Shown here: positions 1 to 13,309 of the stretch, in pieces
How positions within the stretch are numbered: the stretch's first letter is position 1
How the letters are laid out: each line of letters begins with the position of its first letter
Assembly (NCBI RefSeq): GCF_001194135.2
Contig: NC_068992.1
Coordinates: forward strand, 31,697,545-31,761,544
Direction of reading: 5' to 3'
DNA: 64,000 nt
Origin: Octopus bimaculoides
Lineage: Eukaryota
The notes under the pieces: generated by a model
Databases searched by the model: none
The model's input: only the letters and a program-made list of their open reading frames with translations
Told to the model about the DNA's origin: nothing
Made by a program: the position numbers and the translations under genes

Positions 1-50
<50 letters not shown>

Positions 51-599
51 CACAATTTAACACATTCAGTATATTGTCATTATAATACTCGGAGCTTCGA
101 ATGACGGAGCGGAGAGCTACGATGCATTTTCATCGGCTATTAATGACAACAGACAGTAGTAAAAACCATTGAATAAAAGGGAAGTTACTTTAACAGGTAA
201 AAGAAAAGAATAAAGAAAAAAAGATAAAATATGATATATTTACGCAACCAAATTCTCACAATATATAGACATAAAACCTCCTGCGTTCATAATGTCTACA
301 TACGAACACACTCACAGAAACATGTATATGTACATGCACATACACACACGAACATATATGCGCATGCACGTACTCATACATATACAATAAATATGTGATT
401 GTGTGTGTGTGTGTGCGTGTGTGTGAGTGTGTATGCATTTGTGCACACAACTTCCTCTTCATATATACGTTGGTGTATTAATAGTTGTCCTTAAATTACA
501 TGCATATAAACAGGTTGTAATAACATGAAACATATTGACACTGCATACAATATCGGTTAAGAAAACCGTTATATAGTAAAGTTAGTAAGTAAGTAAGTA

Positions 600-1903
600 G
601 TGTTGTTAACTTAGTATATTAACCTAGGATGTAAAGTAGCGACTAGCAATCGACGCTGTAATTTCAATAAAAACCGTTGGGCTTTTGAAAGTAAATAAAG
701 CAAACAAAGAAAATAATCTGTTATATATTATAATAAAAAATTATAAATTAATGGTGAAAGACAGGTAAATTTTTGAAAAATAATATTTCTGAATTATATA
801 ATCGACTCAAATGTGCATAATCATATCAAATAATTATATTTCATTTTAAGTTTAGAACACTAATGAGACGTGTTTTAAGGTTATGTAAACAAGATAAATT
901 AGAAAATATAAATTATAAATAATAATAAATAAATTAGGTTACATTCAGATTGCAGCTATCAAAGTTTTAGAAAAAAAAATTATTAATTTAGCTTTGTAAT
1001 GGGATTCAAATACAATATTAGAAATAATATCAAAAGAAGGAATGGATTTAATTGATAAAGTAAAAAGTAAACAATTATTACGATGTAAATCGTTACTATC
1101 TCACATATAAATATAAATAAAACGTGAAGTAACTTTTATCAAAACTCATGATTGCATGTATAGAAACAGATTCTATAAAAATAAGCGTAAACCTTGTTAA
1201 AATAGTATCATTATATGGATTTAACTAATCCCTTCAGGCATGTTATTAAGTAAAATAACCTAGGATATTAATCAAGGAAATTAAATGGCTACATGCATAT
1301 AACGATATTACATCAGCTAAATTATTACGATGCAATCGGTATAAACTTAGATGAAATTATAACTGATAAATCAAGTAAACTAGAATCAAAATTCAAGAAT
1401 GTAATATAGAAAATGTTTCCATGAAATTAAAGGTAATTCATGTTACATTAAAATCACTGTATGGATTTAACTAATCACGCCAGGTAGGTTACTAAGTAAA
1501 ATAACCTGGGATATTAAGCTAGCATGTGAAGTAAGTAGATGTATACGACGCTATTATATCAAATAATTCATTAGATACTTGGGAAAAAAGGGAAAAACCT
1601 ATCTGTAATAGATCATACAGAAATAAAATTAACATAAAAAAGTCATGGTCAAAGAGAGGTAAATCTAGCAAAATAATATATATTTTTTTAGAATCTAAAT
1701 AACTCACTCAATGTGATTAATCCTATCAAATCATTATATTGATTTTTAACTTCAAATATTTTTGAGACAATTAAAGGATATGTAATCAAGATAATTAAGA
1801 AATTATAAATTATAAATTATAAAATAAAAATTAAAATAAATTAGGTTACAAATAAATAGCAACCATCAAAACCTTAAATATACATTACGTTAACTTAGTA
1901 GTG
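600..1903. repeat. Diverged AT-rich internal duplications of unknown origin
   Basis: 751-960 aligns to 1645-1875; 1213-1272 aligns to 1459-1518 (offset 246); GTTAACTTAGTA occurs at 605-616 and 1889-1900. Confidence 0.7.
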
Positions 1904-2454
1904 NNNNNNNNNNNNNNNNNNNNNNNNNNNNNNNNNNNNNNNNNNNNNNNNNNNNNNNNNNNNNNNNNNNNNNNNNNNNNNNNNNNNNNNNNNNNNNNNN
2001 NNNNNNNNNNNNNNNNNNNNNNNNNNNNNNNNNNNNNNNNNNNNNNNNNNNNNNNNNNNNNNNNNNNNNNNNNNNNNNNNNNNNNNNNNNNNNNNNNNNN
2101 NNNNNNNNNNNNNNNNNNNNNNNNNNNNNNNNNNNNNNNNNNNNNNNNNNNNNNNNNNNNNNNNNNNNNNNNNNNNNNNNNNNNNNNNNNNNNNNNNNNN
2201 NNNNNNNNNNNNNNNNNNNNNNNNNNNNNNNNNNNNNNNNNNNNNNNNNNNNNNNNNNNNNNNATATATATATATATATACGCACACACATATACATATA
2301 AAAGCTATATATATTATTATACATATACTCATAAACGTACACATTCACGCATTGGAAAATAAAAGATGGAAAAAATAGATATATATAGAAAACATTTTAA
2401 AATTAAGACATATGGAACATATGGTAAGACATATGTTGTTCTCGAACATAGTAA

Positions 2455-2700
2455 AAACCGTAACATGTATTTTGTCGAATGCTGACATGATCCAAAATGT
2501 CAGTTCTTGAATTCAGACATGTAACGAGCTCCAATGAACTTTCCAGATGAGCCATCTTTCCACATTACAGAGACCGCACTTGCTACTGCCGTTCCGATAA
2601 GGTTTACACTTGGCCAAGATCCTTCATTGAATCCTATAGCTGACACCTTGTTCTTTCACTGGATAATTTGGTCGATTTTCGTTTATCCCACTTGCTGCAC
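2455..2700 (-). mobile_element. Penelope-like element, C-terminal tail of the GIY-YIG region (frameshifted relic)
   Basis: Minus-strand translation YRIQ*RILAKCKPYRNGSSKCGLCNVERWLI...LNSRTDI/GSCQHSTKY fits the PLE C-terminal pattern W.IL.KC.PY...S.RC.LC..EK...LN.R.E...C.H..K. Confidence 0.75.
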
Positions 2701-3067
2701 AAGCTTTCCATATGCTTTAATACTTTATATATTTTTGCATATATTTTCATTTTTTTGCATATATATTTTCATTTTTTTTTGTGTGTGAATGTGTACGTGT
2801 ATAAGTATATGTATATGTATGTATATATTTTTATATGTATTTGTGTTAGTGTGTATATATATGCATGCATATATTTATGTATATGAGTGTAAGACTGTCC
2901 GGTGCATTAGTGTGACTTTCATGCACACATCGCAATGCACATATTCGTATATGTACGCGTGTAGGTGTGTGTTAGGAAGGTGTATATGTATACATGTACA
3001 CATAGATATGTATCTGTATATATATATGTATATATATATACGTATATACGGGTGTGTTGATATGTGC

Positions 3068-3131
<64 letters not shown>

Positions 3132-4599
3132 GTATATTTATATAAGCGTCTAAATATATATGTATGCATGCAGACACCTATGTGTATGAGGATGACGTTG
3201 TGTGCGCATATACACACACACACACACACACACATATATACATATACACACATAAGTATATATATATTCTTTTATTCGTTTCAGCCATACAGCTGCGCTC
3301 ATGCTGGAGCACCACCATGGGTGTATCAACATTTTCCCGGACTAGGTAGGTGTAATGAAGTATAATTTATTCATTCAAGTTTTAACATCATTTTTCATCG
3401 AAACAGTCACCTTACACAGCAATACACCGATCTAACCTTCCTGCTGCTCTGAAGGAATTATTTCCTTCACAGTAACTGAAGTAAATGTGGCTTTAGATTT
3501 TGAAATATATCATAAAAAATGCATTAATATTTTAACAAACCAATTGTAATTAAATGTCTCCTTTCTGCCTTTTCGTCCACCAAATCCACTCATGCATCAA
3601 AATACCACAAGGGAATGCACGGAAAGGATCATCATCAAGATGTGTATTTCGCAATTTGTCATACATTATCCGCGAAAAATGATACGTCATTATCGATAAG
3701 ACTCTTCAGTATGATGGTTTCAATAGGAAATGCTGGTGAGATAATTGAGCAAAGTAAAGAACAGTCAATACGGCAAGATAAGGATGGAAACGTCACAGGT
3801 ATATGACATGTGTAGAAACATAGATTCATACAAAAGCCACGAGTGTGAGACAGCATAATGAAATAGATGAAAGTGAAAAAAGAAAGGTAGAAAAATAACA
3901 CGGAGCTGAAAGTAAATACTAAGTTGAAGAGCGCATGACTGAAGAAGTCAATGGTGAAGCAGGAAAAGGAACGGTGAAAAGAGATATGGGATTGTCACGT
4001 GGTGTCAGAAATGGGGGGTAGAAACGAGAGGTGTGGCGAAAGTAAGGGCGGAACAGAAGCGAAGAAGGAGTGAGGGAAAAGGGAGGAGACTTTAAATCGT
4101 GGATCGAGGTGGTCGGAAGGACAAATGGAAGCAATTTGATGGGAGAAATTGGGCAGAAATTAAAAGAAGGCACATAAAGATAGAAGTGATTGTAGAAAGA
4201 CTAGAAGAGTATGAAGCAGAAGAACAAAGAAGAATGGAGGATGCTAAAATGAATATGACAGACCGGAAAAAGCAACAAAGAATTAAGGTGTCTAGAGAGG
4301 AAAGATAGACAGAAAGGACAGAGAAAAACAGAGGCCGAGGGAGAGTGACAGAAAGAGGGACCTCACACAAAATATTATCGTTTGCATGGGGTACTATTGA
4401 GTGACGACATAGAAAGGAAGGCGTATGAACTGATGATAACTAATAGGAGTGAACAAAGCAAGACGGGACAACGAAGGAGCTCTCGCCAACAATCGCACAG
4501 GAGACGTTGTCATGCTATTCACTCGTCAAAAGTCTTCACTGGTCCACCCCAACATATGTATATGTGCATGTGTGTGTGTGTGTATGTGTGTGTGTATGT

Positions 4600-4770
4600 G
4601 TGTAAACTCGAGTGTATCGTTGGCGATTTTTTATTCCTCCGTCTTCCCTTCCTTGGACTTTTCTATATTTCCGACGAAGAGCTTCGCTCGAAACGTCGAA
4701 TTCTCCTTCTTTCCTTTCCTGAGCGTCCAGTAACACAATATAAGTATCACGTCCTCGCGTTGTTGTTTTT
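4600..4770 (+). mobile_element. Penelope-type terminal repeat fragment with a degenerate hammerhead-like motif
   Basis: CCGACGA-A-GAGC-TTC-GCTC-GAAAC-GTC at 4671-4697; a related relic lies at about 6696-6722. Confidence 0.5.
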
Positions 4771-6560
4771 TGTTGTTTTCTTTTTTGTCGTTTTTCTGGT
4801 TTGAACTCACTTATATGTTTATATATACATGTATATATATGTGTGTGTATGTAGGGATATATGTATGTATATATATGTATATATATATATATATATNNNN
4901 NNNNNNNNNNNNNNNNNNNNNNNNNNNNNNNNNNNNNNNNNNNNNNNNNNNNNNNNNNNNNNNNNNNNNNNNNNNNNNNNNNNNNNNNNNNNNNNNNNNN
5001 NNNNNNNNNNNNNNNNNNNNNNNNNNNNNNNNNNNNNNNNNNNNNNNNNNNNNNNNNNNNNNNNNNNNNNNNNNNNNNNNNNNNNNNNNNNNNNNNNNNN
5101 NNNNNNNNNNNNNNNNNNNNNNNNNNNNNNNNNNNNNNNNNNNNNNNNNNNNNNNNNNNNNNNNNNNNNNNNNNNNNNNNNNNNNNNNNNNNNNNNNNNN
5201 NNNNNNNNNNNNNNNNNNNNNNNNNNNNNNNNNNNNNNNNNNNNNNNNNTATATATATACACAGCAAAGTAAAGTTGTAAGATACCGCACGAGTGAAAAT
5301 ATATATGAAAGAACGCTTGAAAATGCAATTTTAAAGATGTTTATTCACTTGACCAGCTTCACTTGTTTGGAAAACGATTGTCAAAAGTAAAATGTAAATC
5401 TTTGTATAGGCTTTGTTGTGTTAAGTACTGCTTGTCACAAAAGTATTAAAATAAATATATACATTCTTTGACAATAATAACAAAATGTCAAAAACAGTTT
5501 AAGTATTAAAATACATATATACATACTTTGATATGAATAAGAAAATGTTTAAAGCAGTTTATAAGAGAGTATTCAACAAAAAGTGTTTGGTGGTATATAT
5601 ATAAAGACAGAAGGAGATATATTTAAGAATTTACACAAAATTGAAGAGGGACCGACCTGTCTTTTTACAATGTTTTCTCTCTTGTGTGTAGCTAGGGAAT
5701 GTTTGCTAATTTAAGGGACAATATGGGAGCCTGGTTGGGGTGGGGGAAGGAAGCGCAAAGTAGAATTAAATGGATTTTTTTTGTTTCTGGGCTCGTCTGT
5801 CATGGTGCAGTGGATTTGGGACTGGTCTTAGAGGTCAGAATGGTGTGAGTGTAAGTGTCTCTCTGCACGTCTGTATGTGTGTATGTATATGCATGTGTTT
5901 GTGTGTGTGGGCCGCTTTTGATTGGTTCCAGAGTTTTTTGTGGTCTGTATATAAGAGTTTGTGTGCGTTTTATATTTGGTAGGATGGTGTGTGTATATGT
6001 GTACACTATTTTGTGTGTGTGCGTATGTGTGTGATTAATATTCGTTAGGGTGTGCGTGTGCGCATGTGTGTGTATGTGTTTGTATGTGTGCGACTGTGGT
6101 TCCGTGTGTATGTATGTTTGTGTGTTTTGTGTTGGTGGGGATTTTATATGTATGTACGTGTGTGTGTGTATGTGAGAGTGTGTTTGTGTCTCTGTTTGAG
6201 TATGCATGTTTTTTTAATCGTCCTTGTGGTGTGTATGCGTGTGAGCAACCGTATGTGTGTGAGGGTGCATATGTATGTGTGCGTCTGTGTGTGTGCGTGT
6301 GTATGTTTCTGTGTTTTGTGTTGGTGGAGATGTTATGTATGAGTACGTGAGTGGGTGTGTGTGAGCAACCGTATGAGTGCGTGAGAGTGCATATGTATCT
6401 GTGTATGGATATTTGTGACTGTGTATGTGTGTGTTGTATTTATCAGGAGTCCTGTGTCTGTAGGTACTGAGTATCCGTTTGTGTGTCTCTGTGTGTAGGT
6501 ATGGTTTATGTAGTTTCCGGGTGTGTGTTTGAACATGTATGTATGCGCGCTGTGATTGTG

Positions 6561-6612
<52 letters not shown>

Positions 6613-7143
6613 GAAACAGAAAGGAAAAATCGCAAAGAATCAGTACTGTTGGTGAATTTCTATAATGTTTCCATCATTTTTGAAATCTCCTCTTTACGAC
6701 GAAGCGCTATGCTCAAAACGTTAACAAGTAAGCGTCAAATTAATATATTATGCACGTCTTCACGTTCGTATATGGACTATATATTGTTTGTTCTTAATTT
6801 ATTCCTAGCATATTTATATATTTATACCTATATATATTTAACGTATTTTAAATATATTTTTAAGTGTATCTATATATTTATATAGATATATATTTTTGTA
6901 TATAGTCTTGTGCACATAATAATTTTACAACAATATATTTTAGTAACCTGTCTTTTGTTTCTCATCATTATTTCTTCTATTTCCCTATTTCTCAAATATA
7001 CTGGGAAGTTCCATGTGTCATATATATAGATATTTTATCTGTTGAAAATAAATTTCCCGGTCCTTCTAATTGTTGATTTTCCTGTCGCCTTTGTGTCGTC
7101 TATCTGTCGAAATGTTTTATTGCCCTCTATTGAGTTGTTGTTC

Positions 7144-7216
<73 letters not shown>

Positions 7217-7739
7217 CAGCGTTCAATACATACACACTTCACGTCTGGCTGTACAGCCTTTTTGCTTGTTTGTTTATTCACCGTTTCGTATTCCTGTTGT
7301 GTTTTCCGTCCGCCACTACCCTCCACGAAAATAATATAATTTGTGTTCGTGGGAAGAACCATTTCAACGATGCGTACTGCCTTAATTCTTCGAAACGCCG
7401 GTGTTTTAATGGTGGCANNNNNNNNNNNNNNNNNNNNNNNNNNNNNNNNNNNNNNNNNNNNNNNNNNNNNNNNNNNNNNNNNNNNNNNNNNNNNNNNNNN
7501 NNNNNNNNNNNNNNNNNNNNNNNNNNNNNNNNNNNNNNNNNNNNNNNNNNNNNNNNNNNNNNNNNNNNNNNNNNNNNNNNNNNNNNNNNNNNNNNNNNNN
7601 NNNNNNNNNNNNNNNNNNNNNNNNNNNNNNNNNNNNNNNNNNNNNNNNNNNNNNNNNNNNNNNNNNNNNNNNNNNNNNNNNNNNNNNNNNNNNNNNNNNN
7701 NNNNNNNNNNNNNNNNNNNNNNNNATATATATATATATA

Positions 7740-8251
7740 TAGGATCATCCAATAAATAATGCGGTCCTTTTATACTTCTTTTATTTTTCAAAATTAACAT
7801 AAGCAAATTCTTTTTAAAATCTAAAATATACGCTCTTTCATTTTCTACAATGCACTTCCACCTATCTGGTTGACTTGCAAGATCCTTCCAAGAAAATTCA
7901 ATTCACTGTGATGTAAGGTACTCATACAGTATTCTACTGACCTCGTGTAAAGAATTCATAATTTTTCCGTCCAAATGATTTTGAAGACAGCGGAATAAAT
8001 GATAATCAGATGGTGCAATGTCCAGCGGTGGGGCATCATTTCCTATCCTAACTGTTCCAGCCTTTGGAATGTCATCCTCGCCGTATGTGTCTGAGCAATA
8101 TCCTGATAGATGTACACATTTCGATTTGAAACCAAAGATGATCATTTTTCTCCTAGCGCTGACTTAAGCCGCTCAAGTTGCTCGCAGTAGATCTTTGTTG
8201 TAGTTTGGTTTGGGTTTAAAATTTCAAAGTGGATTAAACTTTTCTTATCCC
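7740..8251 (-). mobile_element. mariner transposon, 3' part and one TIR; the 5' part falls in an N-gap
   Basis: Translation IHFEILNPNQTTTKIYCEQLERLKSAL...PLDIAPSDYHLFRCLQNHLDGK (SPDLAPSDYHLF motif); TIR-like TAGGATCATCCAAATAAATAATGCGG at about 7740-7765 next to (TA)n. Confidence 0.9.
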
Positions 8252-10341
8252 NNNNNNNNNNNNNNNNNNNNNNNNNNNNNNNNNNNNNNNNNNNNNNNNN
8301 NNNNNNNNNNNNNNNNNNNNNNNNNNNNNNNNNNNNNNNNNNNNNNNNNNNNNNNNNNNNNNNNNNNNNNNNNNNNNNNNNNNNNNNNNNNNNNNNNNNN
8401 NNNNNNNNNNNNNNNNNNNNNNNNNNNNNNNNNNNNNNNNNNNNNNNNNNNNNNNNNNNNNNNNNNNNNNNNNNNNNNNNNNNNNNNNNNNNNNNNNNNN
8501 NNNNNNNNNNNNNNNNNNNNNNNNNNNNNNNNNNNNNNNNNNNNNNNNNNNNNNNNNNNNNNNNNNNNNNNNNNNNNNNNNNNNNNNNNNNNNNNNNNNN
8601 NNNNNNNNNNNNNNNNNNNNNNNNNNNNNNNNNNNNNNNNNNNNNNNNNNNNNNNNNNNNNNNNNNNNNNNNNNNNNNNNNNNNNNNNNNNNNNNNNNNN
8701 NNNNNNNNNNNNNNNNNNNNNNNNNNNNNNNNNNNNNNNNNNNNNNNNNNNNNNNNNNNNNNNNNNNNNNNNNNNNNNNNNNNNNNNNNNNNNNNNNNNN
8801 NNNNNNNNNNNNNNNNNNNNNNNNNNNNNNNNNNNNNNNNNNNNNNNNNNNNNNNNNNNNNNNNNNNNNNNNNNNNNNNNNNNNNNNNNNNNNNNNNNNN
8901 NNNNNNNNNNNNNNNNNNNNNNNNNNNNNNNNNNNNNNNNNNNNNNNNNNNNNNNNNNNNNNNNNNNNNNNNNNNNNNNNNNNNNNNNNNNNNNNNNNNN
9001 NNNNNNNNNNNNNNNNNNNNNNNNNNNNTATATATATATATATATATATATATATTGAGCATTTAAGTTGACAATGCTAGATCTTGAGCTAAGAACGTAA
9101 AGAAAAATATGAAGTTCCGCTAACTACGGTTCCAACCTAACCATTTTGTACAACGAGCTAACAGTTTTGCCAACTTTAAGACATAGTCAAAACACTAATT
9201 ACAACTGAAATACTCGGTGATAAAAACATTTCCTGAAAATTCTGTTTGAAGCGTTTATTGTTCAATAGGATTCATCATAAAAATGTTTTAAATTAAATAT
9301 CAGTTTATGCATGAAAATGCATGAAATTGAAATGCTGCTTATTCATAATATAATATAATTTTATAGATCGCTTATCCTTTGTCGAAGCACCACCATGATT
9401 TTTCATGTAAAATTTATTTAGAAATAAAACATTATGCCTAACACCATTTAAATATGCGGAATCATGTTTTAAAGATACAGGTGAGACAGTCTGTAAACAT
9501 AAAAAATAGTAATAAAACATAGCAGAAATGTTTATTGAGAATTTCATTTTTGTCAATTAATTGATTTGTAAATACCAATCAAATTAATCATTGCAATGCC
9601 AAATATTTTCATGTTGATTTTAATTATATCTGTAAATTTATTTGAAAAACTAAAGATTATGAAATATGAGCAGATAACATATCTTTCAAAAAAGATGTTT
9701 AACACTAAGAAAATATTTGATCGAGAAATAAGATGGAGAACTTCAATGGGAAGCCAATAAAACAATGACATATGTCTATATTACATTTCCAAATATGCAC
9801 TCAATCGTGGAATCAATTAACATCCTTATGGGCAAATCTTTCAAATATATATGATGGGGATTAAACCATATTCATTCAAGTTAACTGTTCATTAATAAAG
9901 CTATCTATATATCCATCTATACATCCATCTATTTACGTACCCACTTACAGTTATCATTTAAGTGCGTATAGTATTATACTTTCTGATTTTGATTTAAATC
10001 GAAATATATGAAGTGTATTTGGAGCGCTATTTGCACTCCTGGATATCTACAAAGAAACTGCGAAGGTTACTACTACCATCGACCTGGGTACCTCTGCATT
10101 GGATCTAGAGTATTAAGGGAAATAAACAAATGAAGAGAGTCTCTTTATATATTCAGTAATGAAATATTATTCTTTACAAGTCTTCACGCTGTAGTTTTAA
10201 TTATGTATAATTGTTTGTATTTTGAAGCTTATATCTACAGATCTATAGAGTTCAGAACAAGCTCTAGGCATTAAAATTTACGAGGTTTTTTGTAAGAATG
10301 TGTCCATGTAGTCAATGCAGTCGAGGACAGCAAAAATAAGT

Positions 10342-10424
10342 GGGTATGGAGTGTGGCCCGTACTTCTGTGAAGGTATAATCCTTACCTATACCTTCATGG
10401 AAGTACGGGCCAATTTCCATACCC
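10342..10424 (+). ncRNA. Candidate pri-miRNA hairpin (no known family recognised)
   Basis: 24-bp stem 10355-10378/10388-10411 (22 Watson-Crick and 2 G.U pairs), 9-nt loop, small internal loop, and 9-bp basal stem 10342-10350/10416-10424. Confidence 0.5.
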
Positions 10425-10936
10425 TCTGCGAACATTATTCTCTTGACTCTATTCTTCTGTCTACTGTTTAATCTATCTTTATTTTTCTATCTACTATATT
10501 ATTCCTTTATAAACAGTGAATTCTCTGTCTAGAACATTCATACTTACCTTGTCTCTGATGACGGTATACTCAGTGTTTGGAGATGCTAGCCTATTACTTG
10601 GGATACCGCAAAAATAGACATACAATAATTAAGTATTTAAATTATTAACTAATTAATTCATTAATTATATCAAATTCACCTTACTCTGATTAAATATTTT
10701 TAATGATATGAGATACTCGCGTCCTGCCTTGTTTTTTGTGGTCCTTTTGCCTCTAATATATGCTTGCTAACTCGGAAGCTTACTACGGATACCTAGCTCC
10801 AAGCTAACCTGTGAAATAGGAGACTAACGGATGACCAATTATAGAAATTAAACAGGGTACCTTTTCGTTTAGATCCCCAAGTGAACTATACCCCCTCATG
10901 TTCTATGTATGTGCATGTGTGTGTGCGCGTGTGTGC

Positions 10937-10976
<40 letters not shown>

Positions 10977-12504
10977 NNNNNNNNNNNNNNNNNNNNNNNN
11001 NNNNNNNNNNNNNNNNNNNNNNNNNNNNNNNNNNNNNNNNNNNNNNNNNNNNNNNNNNNNNNNNNNNNNNNNNNNNNNNNNNNNNNNNNNNNNNNNNNNN
11101 NNNNNNNNNNNNNNNNNNNNNNNNNNNNNNNNNNNNNNNNNNNNNNNNNNNNNNNNNNNNNNNNNNNNNNNNNNNNNNNNNNNNNNNNNNNNNNNNNNNN
11201 NNNNNNNNNNNNNNNNNNNNNNNNNNNNNNNNNNNNNNNNNNNNNNNNNNNNNNNNNNNNNNNNNNNNNNNNNNNNNNNNNNNNNNNNNNNNNNNNNNNN
11301 NNNNNNNNNNNNNNNNNNNNNNNNNNNNNNNNNNNNNNNNNNNNNNNNNNNNNNNNNNNNNNNNNNNNNNNNNNNNNNNNNNNNNNNNNNNNNNNNNNNN
11401 NNNNNNNNNNNNNNNNNNNNNNNNNNNNNNNNNNNNNNNNNNNNNNNNNNNNNNNNNNNNNNNNNNNNNNNNNNNNNNNNNNNNNNNNNATATATATATA
11501 TATATATATATAATTAAATCATCTCACGGGGTTGCATATATACGACGTAGTCTACCGTCGAAGACAACGTCTAAGTGCTCAAAGAGAACACAGAACAGTA
11601 ATTCCAATTAAAAATACGGAGAAAAACACATTCACATTGATGTCACAACTATTCACCAACTCTTTATTTCACCTGTTGATTCCTCATGTGAGTTCTCATG
11701 TCATGAAAAACTATATGGATACGAATATATCAAACCAGCACCTGACCTAGCTGAGAAATGATCACATGGTCATTGGTGGCTTGTCAGAATACTTTTTTTT
11801 TCTGTTGGCTTATTTTCTCATTTTCCCGCTACTAATTTCATGAAGTACCATTTGAGTTACAAAATTTGGAAGCTGGAAACGTACTTTCTCCTCCATTTTG
11901 AATATATTATCGCAGAATTATCAAAGTTTTCTATTCTAATATTTAGGCGAATTAAATAATCTTTGAATTTGTCCTAATACAGTAGATGTATCCCGCCTAT
12001 ATTGTGTGAATTTCTATATAGATCAAATATGTATGCATGTATGTATATAAATATACATAAGTTAGGATATTATAACACATATATGCATATGCATACACCC
12101 ACACACACACATCTGATGGATTAAAATTAATCAAAGGACATACTATGTATGTCTACTTGCTGGAAATAGTAGTCAAAACTCTTATGTAAATCAACAAAAT
12201 ACACTGAGAGTAACTGCATAAATCAACCGTCCGAAGGGAAAAGGACTATGACAATGTCCCAGCATACATTCAAATTTTGGGACTCACGTGTTACAATCAT
12301 AGAGAGCCTGGGGAACTGCAATCGCCTATATTATTGATTCTAATATCTATTAAATAAAAACAGAGTTAATGATTCCTTTCCAATTTATTTTTTCGTGAAA
12401 TATTTTCTCAGTATTGAAATTTATATATATATATATATATTTGCGTGTGTGTATGTGTGTGTGTGTGTAAGTGTGTGTGTGTGTGTGTGTGTGTATGTTT
12501 GTGT

Positions 12505-12700
12505 GTCTTTGCTTGCCCCCCAATATCGCTTGACAACCGATGGTGGTGTGCTTACGTCCCCGTTACTTAGCGATTCGGCAAAAGAGACCGATAGAATAAG
12601 TACAAGGCTTCCAAAGAATAAGTCCTGGGGTCGATTTGTTCGACTAAATGTGGTGCTCTAGCATGGCCGCAGTCAAATGAAAAAAACAAGTAAAAGAAAC
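12505..12700 (+). mobile_element. Octopus-type SINE body and 3' part
   Basis: CGTCCCCGTTACTTAGCGATTCGGCAAAAGAGACCGATAGAATAAGTAC...GCATGGCCGCAGTCAAATGA; a related copy lies at 60770-60945. Confidence 0.7.
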
Positions 12701-13050
12701 TTACAATGTATATATATATATATNNNNNNNNNNNNNNNNNNNNNNNNNNNNNNNNNNNNNNNNNNNNNNNNNNNNNNNNNNNNNNNNNNNNNNNNNNNNN
12801 NNNNNNNNNNNNNNNNNNNNNNNNNNNNNNNNNNNNNNNNNNNNNNNNNNNNNNNNNNNNNNNNNNNNNNNNNNNNNNNNNNNNNNNNNNNNNNNNNNNN
12901 NNNNNNNNNNNNNNNNNNNNNNNNNNNNNNNNNNNNNNNNNNNNNNNNNNNNNNNNNNNNNNNNNNNNNNNNNNNNNNNNNNNNNNNNNNNNNNNNNNNN
13001 NNNNNNNNNNNNNNNNNATATATATATATATATAAATATAAATAATATGA

Positions 13051-13265
13051 CGGCGACCTGGCAGAAACGTTAGCACGCCGGGCGAAATGCTTAGCGATAT
13101 TTCGTTTGCCGCTACGTTCTGAGTTCAAATTCCGCCGAGGTCGACTTTGCTTTTCATCCTTTCGGGGTCGATTAAATAAGTACCAGTTACGCACTGGGGT
13201 CGATATAATCGACTTAATCCGTTTGACTGTCCTTGTGTGTCCTCTCTATGGGTAGTAAAGAAATA
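13051..13265 (+). mobile_element. tRNA-derived octopus-type SINE
   Basis: GGCGACCTGGCAGAAACGTTAGCACGCCGGGCG head, B-box-like GAGTTCAAATTCC and core GGGGTCGATTAAATAAGTACCAG; homologs at 32395-32696, 41035-41220 and 45485-45630. Confidence 0.85.
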
Positions 13266-13309
13266 ACACATGTATATATCATATATATATAGGGAAAATT
13301 CACAAAAAA

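Noticed and set aside
600-1903. Mitochondrial insertion (NUMT)
   Set aside because: No recognisable mitochondrial rRNA, tRNA or protein motif, and TAA/TAG stops occur in every frame I translated under the mitochondrial code.
9305-9771. GPCR-like (TM3 'FFERYVIC') or F-box-like ('LPIEVLHLI') reading of two short minus-strand ORFs
   Set aside because: T-rich strands of AT-rich DNA readily give hydrophobic peptides. The frames do not join and no further diagnostic motifs are convincing. An HMM search would settle it.
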